In this document: piece after piece, positions 1 to 9,084 of the stretch
How positions within the stretch are numbered: position 1 is the first letter of the stretch
Layout of the letters: each line of letters opens with the position of its first letter
NCBI GenBank assembly: GCA_963422735.1
Contig: OY730476.1
Location: 288,001 to 352,000, forward strand
Reading direction: 5' to 3'
Length of the DNA: 64,000 bases
From: Candidatus Latescibacterota bacterium
Lineage (GTDB): Bacteria; Latescibacterota; UBA2968; UBA8231
Translations under genes and position numbers: made by a program
The notes under the pieces: generated by a model
Database searches by the model: none
The model's input: only the letters and a program-made list of their open reading frames with translations
What the model was told of the DNA's origin: nothing

Positions 1-498
1 AAAGTACGCCTGCGGATGGTCGGCAAAGAAGGGGAGGAAGTCGGCCGTAAAGTGGGTAATGCCTTCTAGCGCGAGGCTGTCGCAGTCGTAGCCGGAAAAG
101 AAATAGGGAGCATCGGGTGCGTCCGTGGCAATGTGCGAGGCGATGTCCTGTTGGAAGTCCTCGTAGTTGACAAAGAGGACTCGGTGCGCCGAACGGTACA
201 GGCCTTGGAGGAAGCAGTAGCGGCAGTCGTAGGGGCAGTTAAGCAGGTGCGAGAAATAGTAATTGCGCTCACCGCCGATGCCGTAGCCATCGGGTGCGGG
301 GAGGACGCGCCGCCCGGCCTTGTGGGCGAGGATGAGCGCGGGGCGGTGCTTTTGCAGACGGAAGTTTTGCGCCGTGCGGTTGAAGACCTCGCCGTAGCGA
401 GCGCAAGGGACTAGCTGTGCGCGGGGGAAGCGGCTGAGCAGGGCGCGGGTGCGCGGGTGGTCGAGGATGGACTCTTCGGCGTAGATGAAATCGAACAT
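1..498 (-). CDS. Spore photoproduct lyase-family radical SAM protein (runs off the window edge)
   Basis: Not in the ORF track. Manual translation from ATG at 498 gives MFDFIYAEESILDHPRTRALL...YFSHLLNCPYDCRYCFLQGLYRS...FFSGYDCDSLALE, with a CxxxCxxC motif in an SPL-like context. Confidence 0.85.
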   Translation of the reverse strand, partial: MFDFIYAEESILDHPRTRALLSRFPRAQLVPCARYGEVFNRTAQNFRLQKHRPALILAHKAGRRVLPAPDGYGIGGERNYYFSHLLNCPYDCRYCFLQGLYRSAHRVLFVNYEDFQQDIASHIATDAPDAPYFFSGYDCDSLALEGITHFTADFLPFFADHPQAYF

Positions 499-535
499 GA
501 GGCGGCGAGCAGATGGCGTCGTCTAGGTCAACTAT

Positions 536-1593
536 TCATATTTTTATGCTACCACATGGAGGCTTGAGGAAAAGGGATCGCCATAAATAATCCTTCGGAG
601 GTGGTACGCCGATCGTGAGGATGTCCATAAATCCACCACTCTTATCAGATCCTTTAGTTGAAGATACTGGTCCCGCATATAGCTCAGATTCGCATAGAGG
701 GAAGATCCCGGAGTCCTCTTCAGGCTCGGGATCGTTCCCGTATCCAAAGGACAATATGTTCACCTCATCTGGGATGCTACTGATAAATCGTTGGAGATCC
801 AGTCCAGTCGAAGAAGAAATATACTCCGCTAAAGCGTCCTGTACAATCCAAATAGTTTTCCCACCCCAAGCCACCCCAACCTGCGATTTTACAATAAGTT
901 GACTGACCATTCGCGCCCACACTTGTCTATAGCATCTTCAAAAGCCATTCCTATCTGCGTCCTATTATTTTTGTTTCCTCCAGAGGTAGATGAGGTCATA
1001 ACCTCGACTATTACTACTGGATCAGCAGGAAAATCGACCACCCAGTGCTCGCCAGCATGCCTTTCCAGCGTGAAGTTGTTTTGGATTGCAACCTTCTCAC
1101 ATTCCCGCTCGTTCTTTTGGACTAATTTTGATATTTCGCTAAGTGATTTTCTGCATCTTCCTGACAAGACATAGTCGAAGGTGTAGTTGAATGATTTTTC
1201 TTTTTCTTCTATTGAGAATTTTATCTTTACCTCAGACCATGCTCGGTATTCGATTGTTCTATCCAATTCGCTATATTGGATTAGGTCCTCTCGAACTCTT
1301 GCTTGAAGCCGAGAATGGTTGGAATCCCGCAGAGCGAATAAGCGCCTAGGGCAAACAATCCAAGGCTTCCCGCTCACCAAGAGTGAACAGACTCCTACCT
1401 GAACCGTCTCTTTTCCAAGGAACTGCTGAGCTAATTGCGGATGGTTCCGCAACTGCAAAACGGAGAGGTACCTATTGCCACCCCCATCACATTCACTTTC
1501 CATGAATGGACACCAAGCCCTCGTGCGACAATCAATCGCGTCAGAGTGACTTGAGGTTGGTGGATGGCCAAATACTTCAAAAATTTTACTCAT
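536..1593 (-). pseudogene. NotI-family type II restriction endonuclease, frameshifted
   Basis: ORFs 889..1593 and 536..922 overlap in different frames. The N-terminus has a CPF..C..GVCSL..VCPRR Cys cluster typical of NotI-like enzymes. The frame break is at ~930 (EDAI | YRQVWARM). The gene lies directly downstream of a C5 MTase. Confidence 0.7.
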
Positions 1594-2701
1594 TTAGGCA
1601 CTCGAAAATTTTACTTGCTAGAGCCTCTGCAAGAGGTTGCGGAACTGAATTTGCAACTTGCCTATGCTGGTCTAAGTTTTTCACGGTGCCCGTCCTACTG
1701 CGTATAGGTCCTTTTAGAAGATACGAATCGGGATAGCCGTGAATTCTCATATATTCCCGTGGAGTGAGATATCTATCTTCGATGGGATGATAGAAAATCT
1801 CTCCGCACCTCAACGTATTAGCGGGCCTATCCCTATTCAGTCTTAAATACTTTGTAGTATCTTTTGATTTAAGACCTCCGAGTAGTTTTTTATTTAAATG
1901 AGTCTGATCTGCTAGATATGACCCCTCGGGAACCTGTGCGATGCGTTCCCGGTCCCTATCTGGCGTTACATCGACGTGGCTATCCTCGCGGTCGTAGAAA
2001 GTAGTTCCTCTGGTTTTCGGTGAAGGTATTCCTAGATTTTCAATTGCGGAACCGATGCCGAGATGAGGTTTATACGAAAACAATCCATTACATTCTTCTA
2101 GCGGGGCATATATTCGTTCTGGAAAGGAAAAGTCGTTTTTCCCCAGTGTGGCGATTACGAATAATCGCTCTCGCAGTTGAGGTACGCCGTAATCTGCGGC
2201 TAAAACAACTCTCCATTTGGAAGAATAACCAGCGTTTTCTAAGGCTGTTAAAAATTTCTCAAAAATTTCGCCTCTTCGCTGCTCGGATCCTTTTGATGAT
2301 AGAAGCCCTTTTACTTGCTCGACTAAAATCACCTTTGGTTCTAACTCTTCGGAAAACCGAACAATCTCAAATAGTAACATACCTCTCTCGTCTTTTAAGC
2401 CAAGTTGCTTTCCTGCTAGGGAGAAAGATTGACACGGAGGGCCTCCAAAAAGAAGATCGAGTTCGCCTTTCTCTAGGTGTAGGTCTTTGCGAAGTTCGGC
2501 TGGATCAATCTCTCTAATATCTGACTCAACAATTTTAGTATCCCTTTTTTCGCGTTCTCTTGCCGCACGTAGTGTGTTGCAGCAGTGTTCGTCTATTTCT
2601 ATCTGAGCGACAATGTCGAATCCCGCATCTTGTACGCCTATATCCATTCCTCCGGCCCCAGAGAAAAGACTTAGTGCGTTATATTTTTGGGGACTATTCA
2701 T
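1586..2701 (-). CDS. DNA (cytosine-5)-methyltransferase
   Basis: Motifs LFSGAGG, GGPPCQSFS, EQVKG, PQLRER, LTPRE..RIHGYP and QVANSVP. AT-richer than the flanking genes. Confidence 0.95.
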   Translation of the reverse strand: MNSPQKYNALSLFSGAGGMDIGVQDAGFDIVAQIEIDEHCCNTLRAAREREKRDTKIVESDIREIDPAELRKDLHLEKGELDLLFGGPPCQSFSLAGKQLGLKDERGMLLFEIVRFSEELEPKVILVEQVKGLLSSKGSEQRRGEIFEKFLTALENAGYSSKWRVVLAADYGVPQLRERLFVIATLGKNDFSFPERIYAPLEECNGLFSYKPHLGIGSAIENLGIPSPKTRGTTFYDREDSHVDVTPDRDRERIAQVPEGSYLADQTHLNKKLLGGLKSKDTTKYLRLNRDRPANTLRCGEIFYHPIEDRYLTPREYMRIHGYPDSYLLKGPIRSRTGTVKNLDQHRQVANSVPQPLAEALASKIFECLNE

Positions 2702-2722
2702 CCTGAATTCACTCCTCTATCC

Positions 2723-3532
2723 TCAATAGGTCAAAATTAGTTCTACCTCGTCTAGTCGCCGCTGAAGATAACGTAGCACCTCATCGCGGCTTTGCAAGGC
2801 CAGTAAGTCGTCGTTGACAACGGAAGTCGCCGGTGCCAGCACCTGCCAGCGCACGAGCAAGCCGCGCAATTGGTGCTGTTGCGTGGCGGTAAATGGCCAG
2901 CGGGCGGTTAGCTCGGCGAACCCGGGCGGGTCGGCGTGCAGCGCGTGGAGCTGCTGGCTGAGCGATTGCAGGTGTTCGCCAACGTGGGCAACCATATCGA
3001 GCTGAGCTTCTATCAACACTTCCACTTTCTCCGCATTCAGTGCCTGATAGGAGGATTGCGGATTGTCAGAGACGACCTTGAGGCAGTGGACCCGCTCGCT
3101 GGTGGCAAAGTGCTGCGCGGTCTCGCAAAAGCCGCTGGCTTCCATGTCGTACGCAACGTGGCCAGTAGCTGGCTGGACGCGATCTACGGTATGTAGCAGC
3201 GTGGTGCGGCAGGGCGGCGGCGCGGTGAAGGTGGGGTAAAAGGGCTGGCCGCTGGCCGCATCCACGACTTTGTGCGCTAGTAGGGCCGTACCCACCGCTT
3301 GACTACCGTGTCCGGCGATGCCGATGTTGAGCCAAGCTGCCGGTACACCCCCGATTAGTGCGCGTAGATACGCCGTGGCGGCGGCCGCGGCCACTTTGCC
3401 GATGCCGGAGACAATCAGGTGCGTCTGCTCGCCCGCGCAGATGCGATAGGGATGGCCGTCTAAGGCTCGCAGCCGGTAGTGCGCTACCAGCGGACGGGCT
3501 TCGGCCGCGAGGGCTACGACTAAGCACAACAT
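2723..3532 (-). CDS. Nucleoside phosphorylase/MTA-SAH nucleosidase-like protein
   Basis: VSGIGKVAAA, NIGIAG, YDMEASGF and KVVSDN motifs of the PNP_UDP_1 fold. Confidence 0.7.
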   Translation of the reverse strand: MLCLVVALAAEARPLVAHYRLRALDGHPYRICAGEQTHLIVSGIGKVAAAAATAYLRALIGGVPAAWLNIGIAGHGSQAVGTALLAHKVVDAASGQPFYPTFTAPPPCRTTLLHTVDRVQPATGHVAYDMEASGFCETAQHFATSERVHCLKVVSDNPQSSYQALNAEKVEVLIEAQLDMVAHVGEHLQSLSQQLHALHADPPGFAELTARWPFTATQQHQLRGLLVRWQVLAPATSVVNDDLLALQSRDEVLRYLQRRLDEVELILTY

Positions 3533-3630
3533 GATGGCTAATATACCAGCTAGCCGCCCCTCGGCAACTCTGTTTGACCCTGCCTGAGTAGGGGCCTAAG
3601 TTCTGGAAGACAAACGAGAAAGGGCACATA

Positions 3631-4500
3631 ATGGACAACGAATTTTTCAAGGGACACGGCCTCGGCAATGACTACATTGCCGTTGATCCGGCCGCGCTCA
3701 GTTTCGAGTTGACGCCGGACAATATTCGCGCCATTTGCGATCGCCATTGGGGCGTGGGCAGCGACGGCATTCTCGCGCTCGCGTCGTCGCAAAAGGCCGA
3801 CTTTGGCCTGAAAATCTACAACCCCGATGGCAGCGAGGCGGAAAAATCGGGTAATGGCCTGCGGATATTTGCCCGCTATCTGTACGCCACCGGCCAAGTG
3901 CAAAAGCAGCGGTTCACCGTCGATACAGAGGGCGGTTTGGTAAGCGTCGAATTGCACGTTGACGAGCATGGCGACGCCAGCGCGGCCACGGTGGAGATGG
4001 GGCGAGCGACGTTTGTGCCAGCGGCTCTGCCCTGCACGCTAGAGGCCGAAGAGTTGGTCGCGCAGCCGATTTGCGCTGGTGGGCAGACCTTAAGCTTTAC
4101 CGGCGTCAGCGTCGGCAATCCCCACTGCATCGTCTTCCGCGAAAAGGGGGCGCAATGGACCGAGGACGAGCTGTGCTCTTTGGGTCCAGAGCTGGAAAAT
4201 CACCCGCTCTTCCCCCGGCGCACCAACGTGCAGCTCGCCGTGCCCGTAGGGCCGCATGAGATCTATATCCTGATATGGGAACGCGGCGCGGGTCACACGC
4301 AGGCATCGGGGTCGTCCGCGTGTGCAGCCGCGAGTGCGGCGGTGCGGCTGGGCTTGGTCAAAAGTCCGGTCGCGGTTAAGGCCCCAGGCGGGAGCTTGCA
4401 CATCGACGTGAGCTCAGACTACGACTTGACAATGAAGGGGCCGGTCGCCGAAGTGGCGCGCGGCGTACTCAGCCCGTCGTTTCTGCGCTCCTTGCGCTGA
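3631..4500 (+). CDS. dapF: Diaminopimelate epimerase
   Basis: KGHGLGNDY, DRHWGVGSDG, YNPDGSEAEKSGNG, SVGNPH and WERGAG..ASGS. Both catalytic Cys positions are Ser. Confidence 0.9.
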   Translation: MDNEFFKGHGLGNDYIAVDPAALSFELTPDNIRAICDRHWGVGSDGILALASSQKADFGLKIYNPDGSEAEKSGNGLRIFARYLYATGQVQKQRFTVDTEGGLVSVELHVDEHGDASAATVEMGRATFVPAALPCTLEAEELVAQPICAGGQTLSFTGVSVGNPHCIVFREKGAQWTEDELCSLGPELENHPLFPRRTNVQLAVPVGPHEIYILIWERGAGHTQASGSSACAAASAAVRLGLVKSPVAVKAPGGSLHIDVSSDYDLTMKGPVAEVARGVLSPSFLRSLR

Positions 4501-4507
4501 GCAGTAC

Positions 4508-7300
4508 GTGGTAGCGGGGATTGCAATGCGTGGTTGGGCTTGGGTCGCGCTCGCTTGGATGCTGGCGGCCTCGGCCGCTGCTGCCCAGGGCTTTGGCCGA
4601 AACAAGGTGCAGTACGCGGAGTTCGCGTGGCGAAAGATGGAGACCGCGCACTTTGACGTGTACTTCTTTGCCGAAGAGGCCGAGCTGGCCGCGTATGCCG
4701 CGCAGATGGCCGAGCGTCAGTTCGCCGACTTGGAAAAGAAATTCGCCCACACGGTGCAGCGGCGGGTGCCGCTAGTGGTCTATTCCTCGCACATCTACTT
4801 TGAACAGACGAATATCATCCCCAATCTCCTGCCCGAGGGGGTAGCGGGTTTCACCGAATACCTCAAGGGACGGGTCGCCCTGCCGCTGAGCGGCTCTCTA
4901 CCCGAGTTTGAGCGGGTGCTGCACCACGAGTTGGTCCACGTCTTCGCGTTTGACCGGATTGCGCGGGTGCTGGCGCGGCACGGGGTGTTGGACTTCCGCC
5001 CGGCGCCCCTGTGGTTTTCAGAAGGGCTGGCCGAGTACTGGTCGAGCGAGCGCACCAGCTTTGGCGACATGGTGGTGCGCGACGCGCTCTTTGCGCGGCG
5101 GCTGGTGCCCATCGCCGAGATGTACCGCATCTACGGCACCTATCAGATGTACAAGGAAGGCGAGTCGATCTGCCACTTTATGGCGGCGCGGCACGGGGCC
5201 GATGTGTTCGAACAGCTCTTTGCCAATTGGTGGCGCGGCGAGAGTTTTGCCGAAATTTTCGCAATCACCACCGGCGAGAGCTTGGAGAAGTTCGATCGGG
5301 CTTGGCAATACCATCTGCACAAGCGCCACCTGCCCGCGATTGCCGACCGCGATCCCCCGTCCGAATTGGCCACCGCCCGCACGCAGCGCGGCTTTAACCT
5401 AAAGCCCGAAATCGTTCCTGGAGACAGCAGTGCGTTCTACTACTTCCGCAACGATCAAGGCTATACGCAGATCGTCCGCGCGCACCGCGATGGCCGTGAG
5501 CCCGAGGTCGTGGTCGAAGGCGAGCGCCTACCGGTTTTTGAGTCCCTGCATCCGCTTTCGACGCGGCTGGCCGCCTCCCCGGACGGCAAGTGGCTGGCCT
5601 TTGCGGCCAAGAGCCGGGGTCGCGATCACCTGTACATCTGGGATGTGGAACAAAAGCGTGCGGTGGGGGATTTGTCGTTTGCTGAGATCGTCGCGATTGC
5701 GTCGCCGTCGTTTGCGCCTGATGGGCAGCGGCTGGCCTTTGCCGGCAGCGACGAAGGGGGCTGGACCGACATTTATCTGGTCGATGTAACAGGCGATAGC
5801 CTCCGCGCCTTGCGCCGCGACATTTATCACGACCGCGACCCCGACTGGTCGCCGGATGGTCGGTATATCGTCTTTAGTTCCGATCGCTGGCCTGGGGGGC
5901 GGCGCGGCCGCTACAATTTGTTCCTGTGCGATTTGGCGACCGAGCAGATCTCGGCCCTCAGCCGCGGCGAGCACAACGACGGGCAGCCGCGCTGGTCGCC
6001 GGACGGTGAGCGCATCGTCTTCAGCTCCGACCGCGCTGGCGCGTACAACATCTACGCTTTACAACTAGCGGACGAGCGCACTGCGACCCGGCGGTTGACC
6101 CGCGTGTTGACGGGTGCGTTTGATCCGGTGCTATTGGCCGACGGCCAGCACCTGCTCTTTTCCGGATACGAAAGCGGAGGCTTCCAGATATACGAGCTCG
6201 CCGTGGACTGGGCCGACAGCGCGGAGGTCAGCTATCAGCGCGTGGAGGAAGCACCGGCTGAGCCGTGGTCGCTAGCGGGCCTGCACGGTCAGAGCGAAGT
6301 CGCCAGCCGGCCCTATGAGCGCAAGATGAGCCTCGACATAGCCCAAGGCCAGATCTCGCAGGATCCGGAATTTGGCACTTCGGGCGGCATCCAAATGGCC
6401 CTGAGCGACGTGCTGGGCAACGACCAGTACCACTTCGTGCTTTCGCACGTTGCCGCCAGCCGATCCAGCTTCTTCGATGGCCTGAACGTGGCCTTGACGC
6501 GCTTCCACCTCGGCCAGCGACTCAACGTATATTGGGGTGCGTTCCGGCTCAACGACCGCTTTTCGAGCCGCTTTGGCCGGTTTGTACGCGAAAAGCGCCT
6601 CGGTGTCCACATTGGGTTGAGCTATCCCTTTTCCCAGCACAACCGCATCGACACCCGGCTCTCGCTGCGCCGCGCCGAAATCGACCGGCAATTCGAGGGG
6701 CGGAAGCTGTCGGGCTGGCTGGCCAACAACTACGTCAGCTATACCCACGACAGCAGCCTGTGGATTCCGACCGGACCGTTGGAGGGCCGGCGCTATAGCT
6801 TTGGGCTGGCGCAGACGATTGACTTTAAGACCTCGCGGCAGTTCAATATCGCGCTCTTTGGCGACTACCGGCACTACTTTCGCCTCTCGCAGCGCAGCGC
6901 GTTGGCCGTGCGCCTGATGGGCCGGCGCTCCACCGGCGCAGTGCCCGAGTTTTTCTCCTTGGGGGGCAGTTGGACACTGCGGGGCTATCGCTGGCGCTCG
7001 CTGTGGGGCAGCAAGATGGTGCTATACAACCAAGAGTTGCGCTTCCCCTTGGTCGATCGGTTCTTGCTCCGCTTTCCGTTTGGGGCCATGGAGTTCAGTG
7101 CCTTCCGGGGGGCGCTCTTTTTCGATGTGGGCAATGCGTGGAACGACGACTTCGACCAATGGCGTGCGGCGTTTGGCGCGGGGGTGCGCTTGGCCTTGGG
7201 CGGGGTTTTCGTCTTTCGCGTGGATGCGGCACGGCGCACGGACTTCAAGTCCATAGATGACGACACGCGCTGGGACTTCTTCTTTGGCTGGGATTATTGA
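4508..7300 (+). CDS. Omp85/BamA-family outer membrane protein with N-terminal HExxH peptidase-like domain and TolB-like PD40 repeats
   Basis: Signal peptide; HHELVH..WFSEGLAEY; repeated PxWSPDG; C-terminal barrel LGG..LRGY..ELRFP..FFDVGNAW..FFFGWDY. Confidence 0.85.
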   Translation: MVAGIAMRGWAWVALAWMLAASAAAAQGFGRNKVQYAEFAWRKMETAHFDVYFFAEEAELAAYAAQMAERQFADLEKKFAHTVQRRVPLVVYSSHIYFEQTNIIPNLLPEGVAGFTEYLKGRVALPLSGSLPEFERVLHHELVHVFAFDRIARVLARHGVLDFRPAPLWFSEGLAEYWSSERTSFGDMVVRDALFARRLVPIAEMYRIYGTYQMYKEGESICHFMAARHGADVFEQLFANWWRGESFAEIFAITTGESLEKFDRAWQYHLHKRHLPAIADRDPPSELATARTQRGFNLKPEIVPGDSSAFYYFRNDQGYTQIVRAHRDGREPEVVVEGERLPVFESLHPLSTRLAASPDGKWLAFAAKSRGRDHLYIWDVEQKRAVGDLSFAEIVAIASPSFAPDGQRLAFAGSDEGGWTDIYLVDVTGDSLRALRRDIYHDRDPDWSPDGRYIVFSSDRWPGGRRGRYNLFLCDLATEQISALSRGEHNDGQPRWSPDGERIVFSSDRAGAYNIYALQLADERTATRRLTRVLTGAFDPVLLADGQHLLFSGYESGGFQIYELAVDWADSAEVSYQRVEEAPAEPWSLAGLHGQSEVASRPYERKMSLDIAQGQISQDPEFGTSGGIQMALSDVLGNDQYHFVLSHVAASRSSFFDGLNVALTRFHLGQRLNVYWGAFRLNDRFSSRFGRFVREKRLGVHIGLSYPFSQHNRIDTRLSLRRAEIDRQFEGRKLSGWLANNYVSYTHDSSLWIPTGPLEGRRYSFGLAQTIDFKTSRQFNIALFGDYRHYFRLSQRSALAVRLMGRRSTGAVPEFFSLGGSWTLRGYRWRSLWGSKMVLYNQELRFPLVDRFLLRFPFGAMEFSAFRGALFFDVGNAWNDDFDQWRAAFGAGVRLALGGVFVFRVDAARRTDFKSIDDDTRWDFFFGWDY

Positions 7301-8361
7301 TGCGCTACGCCCTGATCGGATTCTGCCTTTTGACGGCTTGTGGCGAAAAGGTGCTCTACCTCGGCGAGCCGGGGCGTGGCGCGGTGGGAGTTGAGCCGCC
7401 GCTGCAACTTTTATGGACGCACAAAATGGACGGCTCGCCGCTGGGGGGTGCGCTCTTTGCCGGTGACCTGATCCTACAACTGACCACTGCGCCCACCCTC
7501 TATGCGTTGGACCGGCGCCACGGTGCTTTGTTGGGCAAGCATGGATACGACAAGATGGCGTGTGTCCCTGGGCGGTTGGCCGGGGCGCTGTACGCGCTGG
7601 GGGTGCTGGGCCGCAAACCTAGCGTACGGGTTTTGGATCGGCGGACTGCGGCCGAGCGTTGGCGGCATGAGGGGGTGTTTTGTCAGGTGCCGGCCGTGCG
7701 CGGCGATACCCTGATCGCGATTGATGATGAAGGCGTGGTACAGGCACTACGTCTCGCCGATGGGCATTTGCTGTGGCGCGCCGAATTAGGCGGGCTAGCG
7801 CGGACCGGGTTATCGCTGAGCGGCGATCTCGCGGTTGCCAGTACCGCGGCCGGGGACTTGGTGGCCCTGAGCGCGGCAACCGGCCGCGAGCACTGGCGCA
7901 CGAGCTTGGGGGAAGCCGTGCGCACGAGGCCCGTACCCGCTGGCGAGTACGTAGTTTCGGCGACGGCTTCCGGCCGGGTACTCGCCGTGCGCCGCGACTC
8001 CGGCCGGGTGGTGTGGGAGCGAGCCTTGGGCGCGCTGCCGACTGAGGATCTGGCGCTGGCCACTGGCGTGTTGGTGGTCGGTTGCGCCGACCGCCACTTC
8101 TATGGGTTAGACGCGGCCACCGGAGCAGTGCGGTGGACGTTTGCCACCGAAGGCGTGGTGCGGAGCAGCCCGGCCGCCACGGAGCACACCGCGTATGGTG
8201 CTTCTAGCGACGGCCATCTCTACGCCTTGGATCTCCAAGGCGGGCACCTGTTGTGGAAATACCGTTTGGACGGCCCCGTCTTGGCACCAGTGGCGTTGGG
8301 CGCGGAGGTTGTCTCCGTCGCCACCGAGAAGCGGATTCTCTACGTGTTTGGACGCCGCTGA
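7297..8361 (+). CDS. PQQ-like beta-propeller lipoprotein (BamB-like)
   Basis: Lipobox LTAC; repeated ALDxxTG..W motifs; coupled to the Omp85 gene. Confidence 0.8.
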   Translation: MMRYALIGFCLLTACGEKVLYLGEPGRGAVGVEPPLQLLWTHKMDGSPLGGALFAGDLILQLTTAPTLYALDRRHGALLGKHGYDKMACVPGRLAGALYALGVLGRKPSVRVLDRRTAAERWRHEGVFCQVPAVRGDTLIAIDDEGVVQALRLADGHLLWRAELGGLARTGLSLSGDLAVASTAAGDLVALSAATGREHWRTSLGEAVRTRPVPAGEYVVSATASGRVLAVRRDSGRVVWERALGALPTEDLALATGVLVVGCADRHFYGLDAATGAVRWTFATEGVVRSSPAATEHTAYGASSDGHLYALDLQGGHLLWKYRLDGPVLAPVALGAEVVSVATEKRILYVFGRR

Positions 8362-8375
8362 GAGAGGGAAACTGC

Positions 8376-8810
8376 ATGGATAAGACGATTGCTTGGTGCT
8401 TGGTATTGGCCACGAGTACGCCGGCGTGGACCGAGCCGTTGCCGTTGCCGCGGTGGCTGGTCCAATTGGAAGCGGTCTTAGCGGCACAATGGGCCCAGCG
8501 GCCGATGCTCGGCCAGCGGTTGATGCCAACCATGTCTTCGGCTCCGAAAAAGAAGAAACGCTCGCGCAAGAAGCTCTACTTGAGCGCGGCCTTGACTGTG
8601 GGGGCTGGTGCGGTGGCCTACTGGAGCAAGGCGCGGGCCGACGCTGCGTACGACCGCTATTTGCGTTCGGCCAGCGTGGTGCGCCAGCGGCGCGAATTAG
8701 ACGCGGCCAAGCATTTTGACCGCGTGGCTGGTGTGGCGTTTGTCAGCATGGAAGTAGGCCTAGTACTCAGTTCGTACCTACTCTTTTTTAGGGTTTTTAG
8801 AGAACAATAA
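8376..8810 (+). CDS. Hypothetical membrane protein
   Basis: ATG at 8376 after GAGGGA; signal-like N-terminus and two hydrophobic segments. Confidence 0.6.
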   Translation: MDKTIAWCLVLATSTPAWTEPLPLPRWLVQLEAVLAAQWAQRPMLGQRLMPTMSSAPKKKKRSRKKLYLSAALTVGAGAVAYWSKARADAAYDRYLRSASVVRQRRELDAAKHFDRVAGVAFVSMEVGLVLSSYLLFFRVFREQ

Positions 8811-9084
8811 AGAACAATGCACCGATGCTAATGCTGCCCCATCTTTCTTCCTGCACATAATCCTGGTTGACCCTGCCTACCTTCCCGACTACCGCAGGAG
8901 ATACGATTTCGACAACATGGATTTCTACTTTGACCCCTACGGATTTGCGGACGATGGGCGCTGTGTCGCGACGCGCCGGCTTCCCGACTACGACATCGCC
9001 CGCATCCGCACCGGCCAGTTCACCGCTGAGGGACAGCTATGGAAGGGCGAGCACCGCTTTGGCGGGAAGGATGCAACGCCATGA
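8809..9084 (+). pseudogene. 5'-truncated gene fragment encoding one 'FFLH..LPDY.I.RIRTGQF' domain
   Basis: Frame with no start codon reads KEQCTDANAAPSFFLHIILVD..FDNMDF..RCVATRRLPDYDIARIRTGQF..LW. It is a clear paralog of the domain at 11150-11423. Confidence 0.75.
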
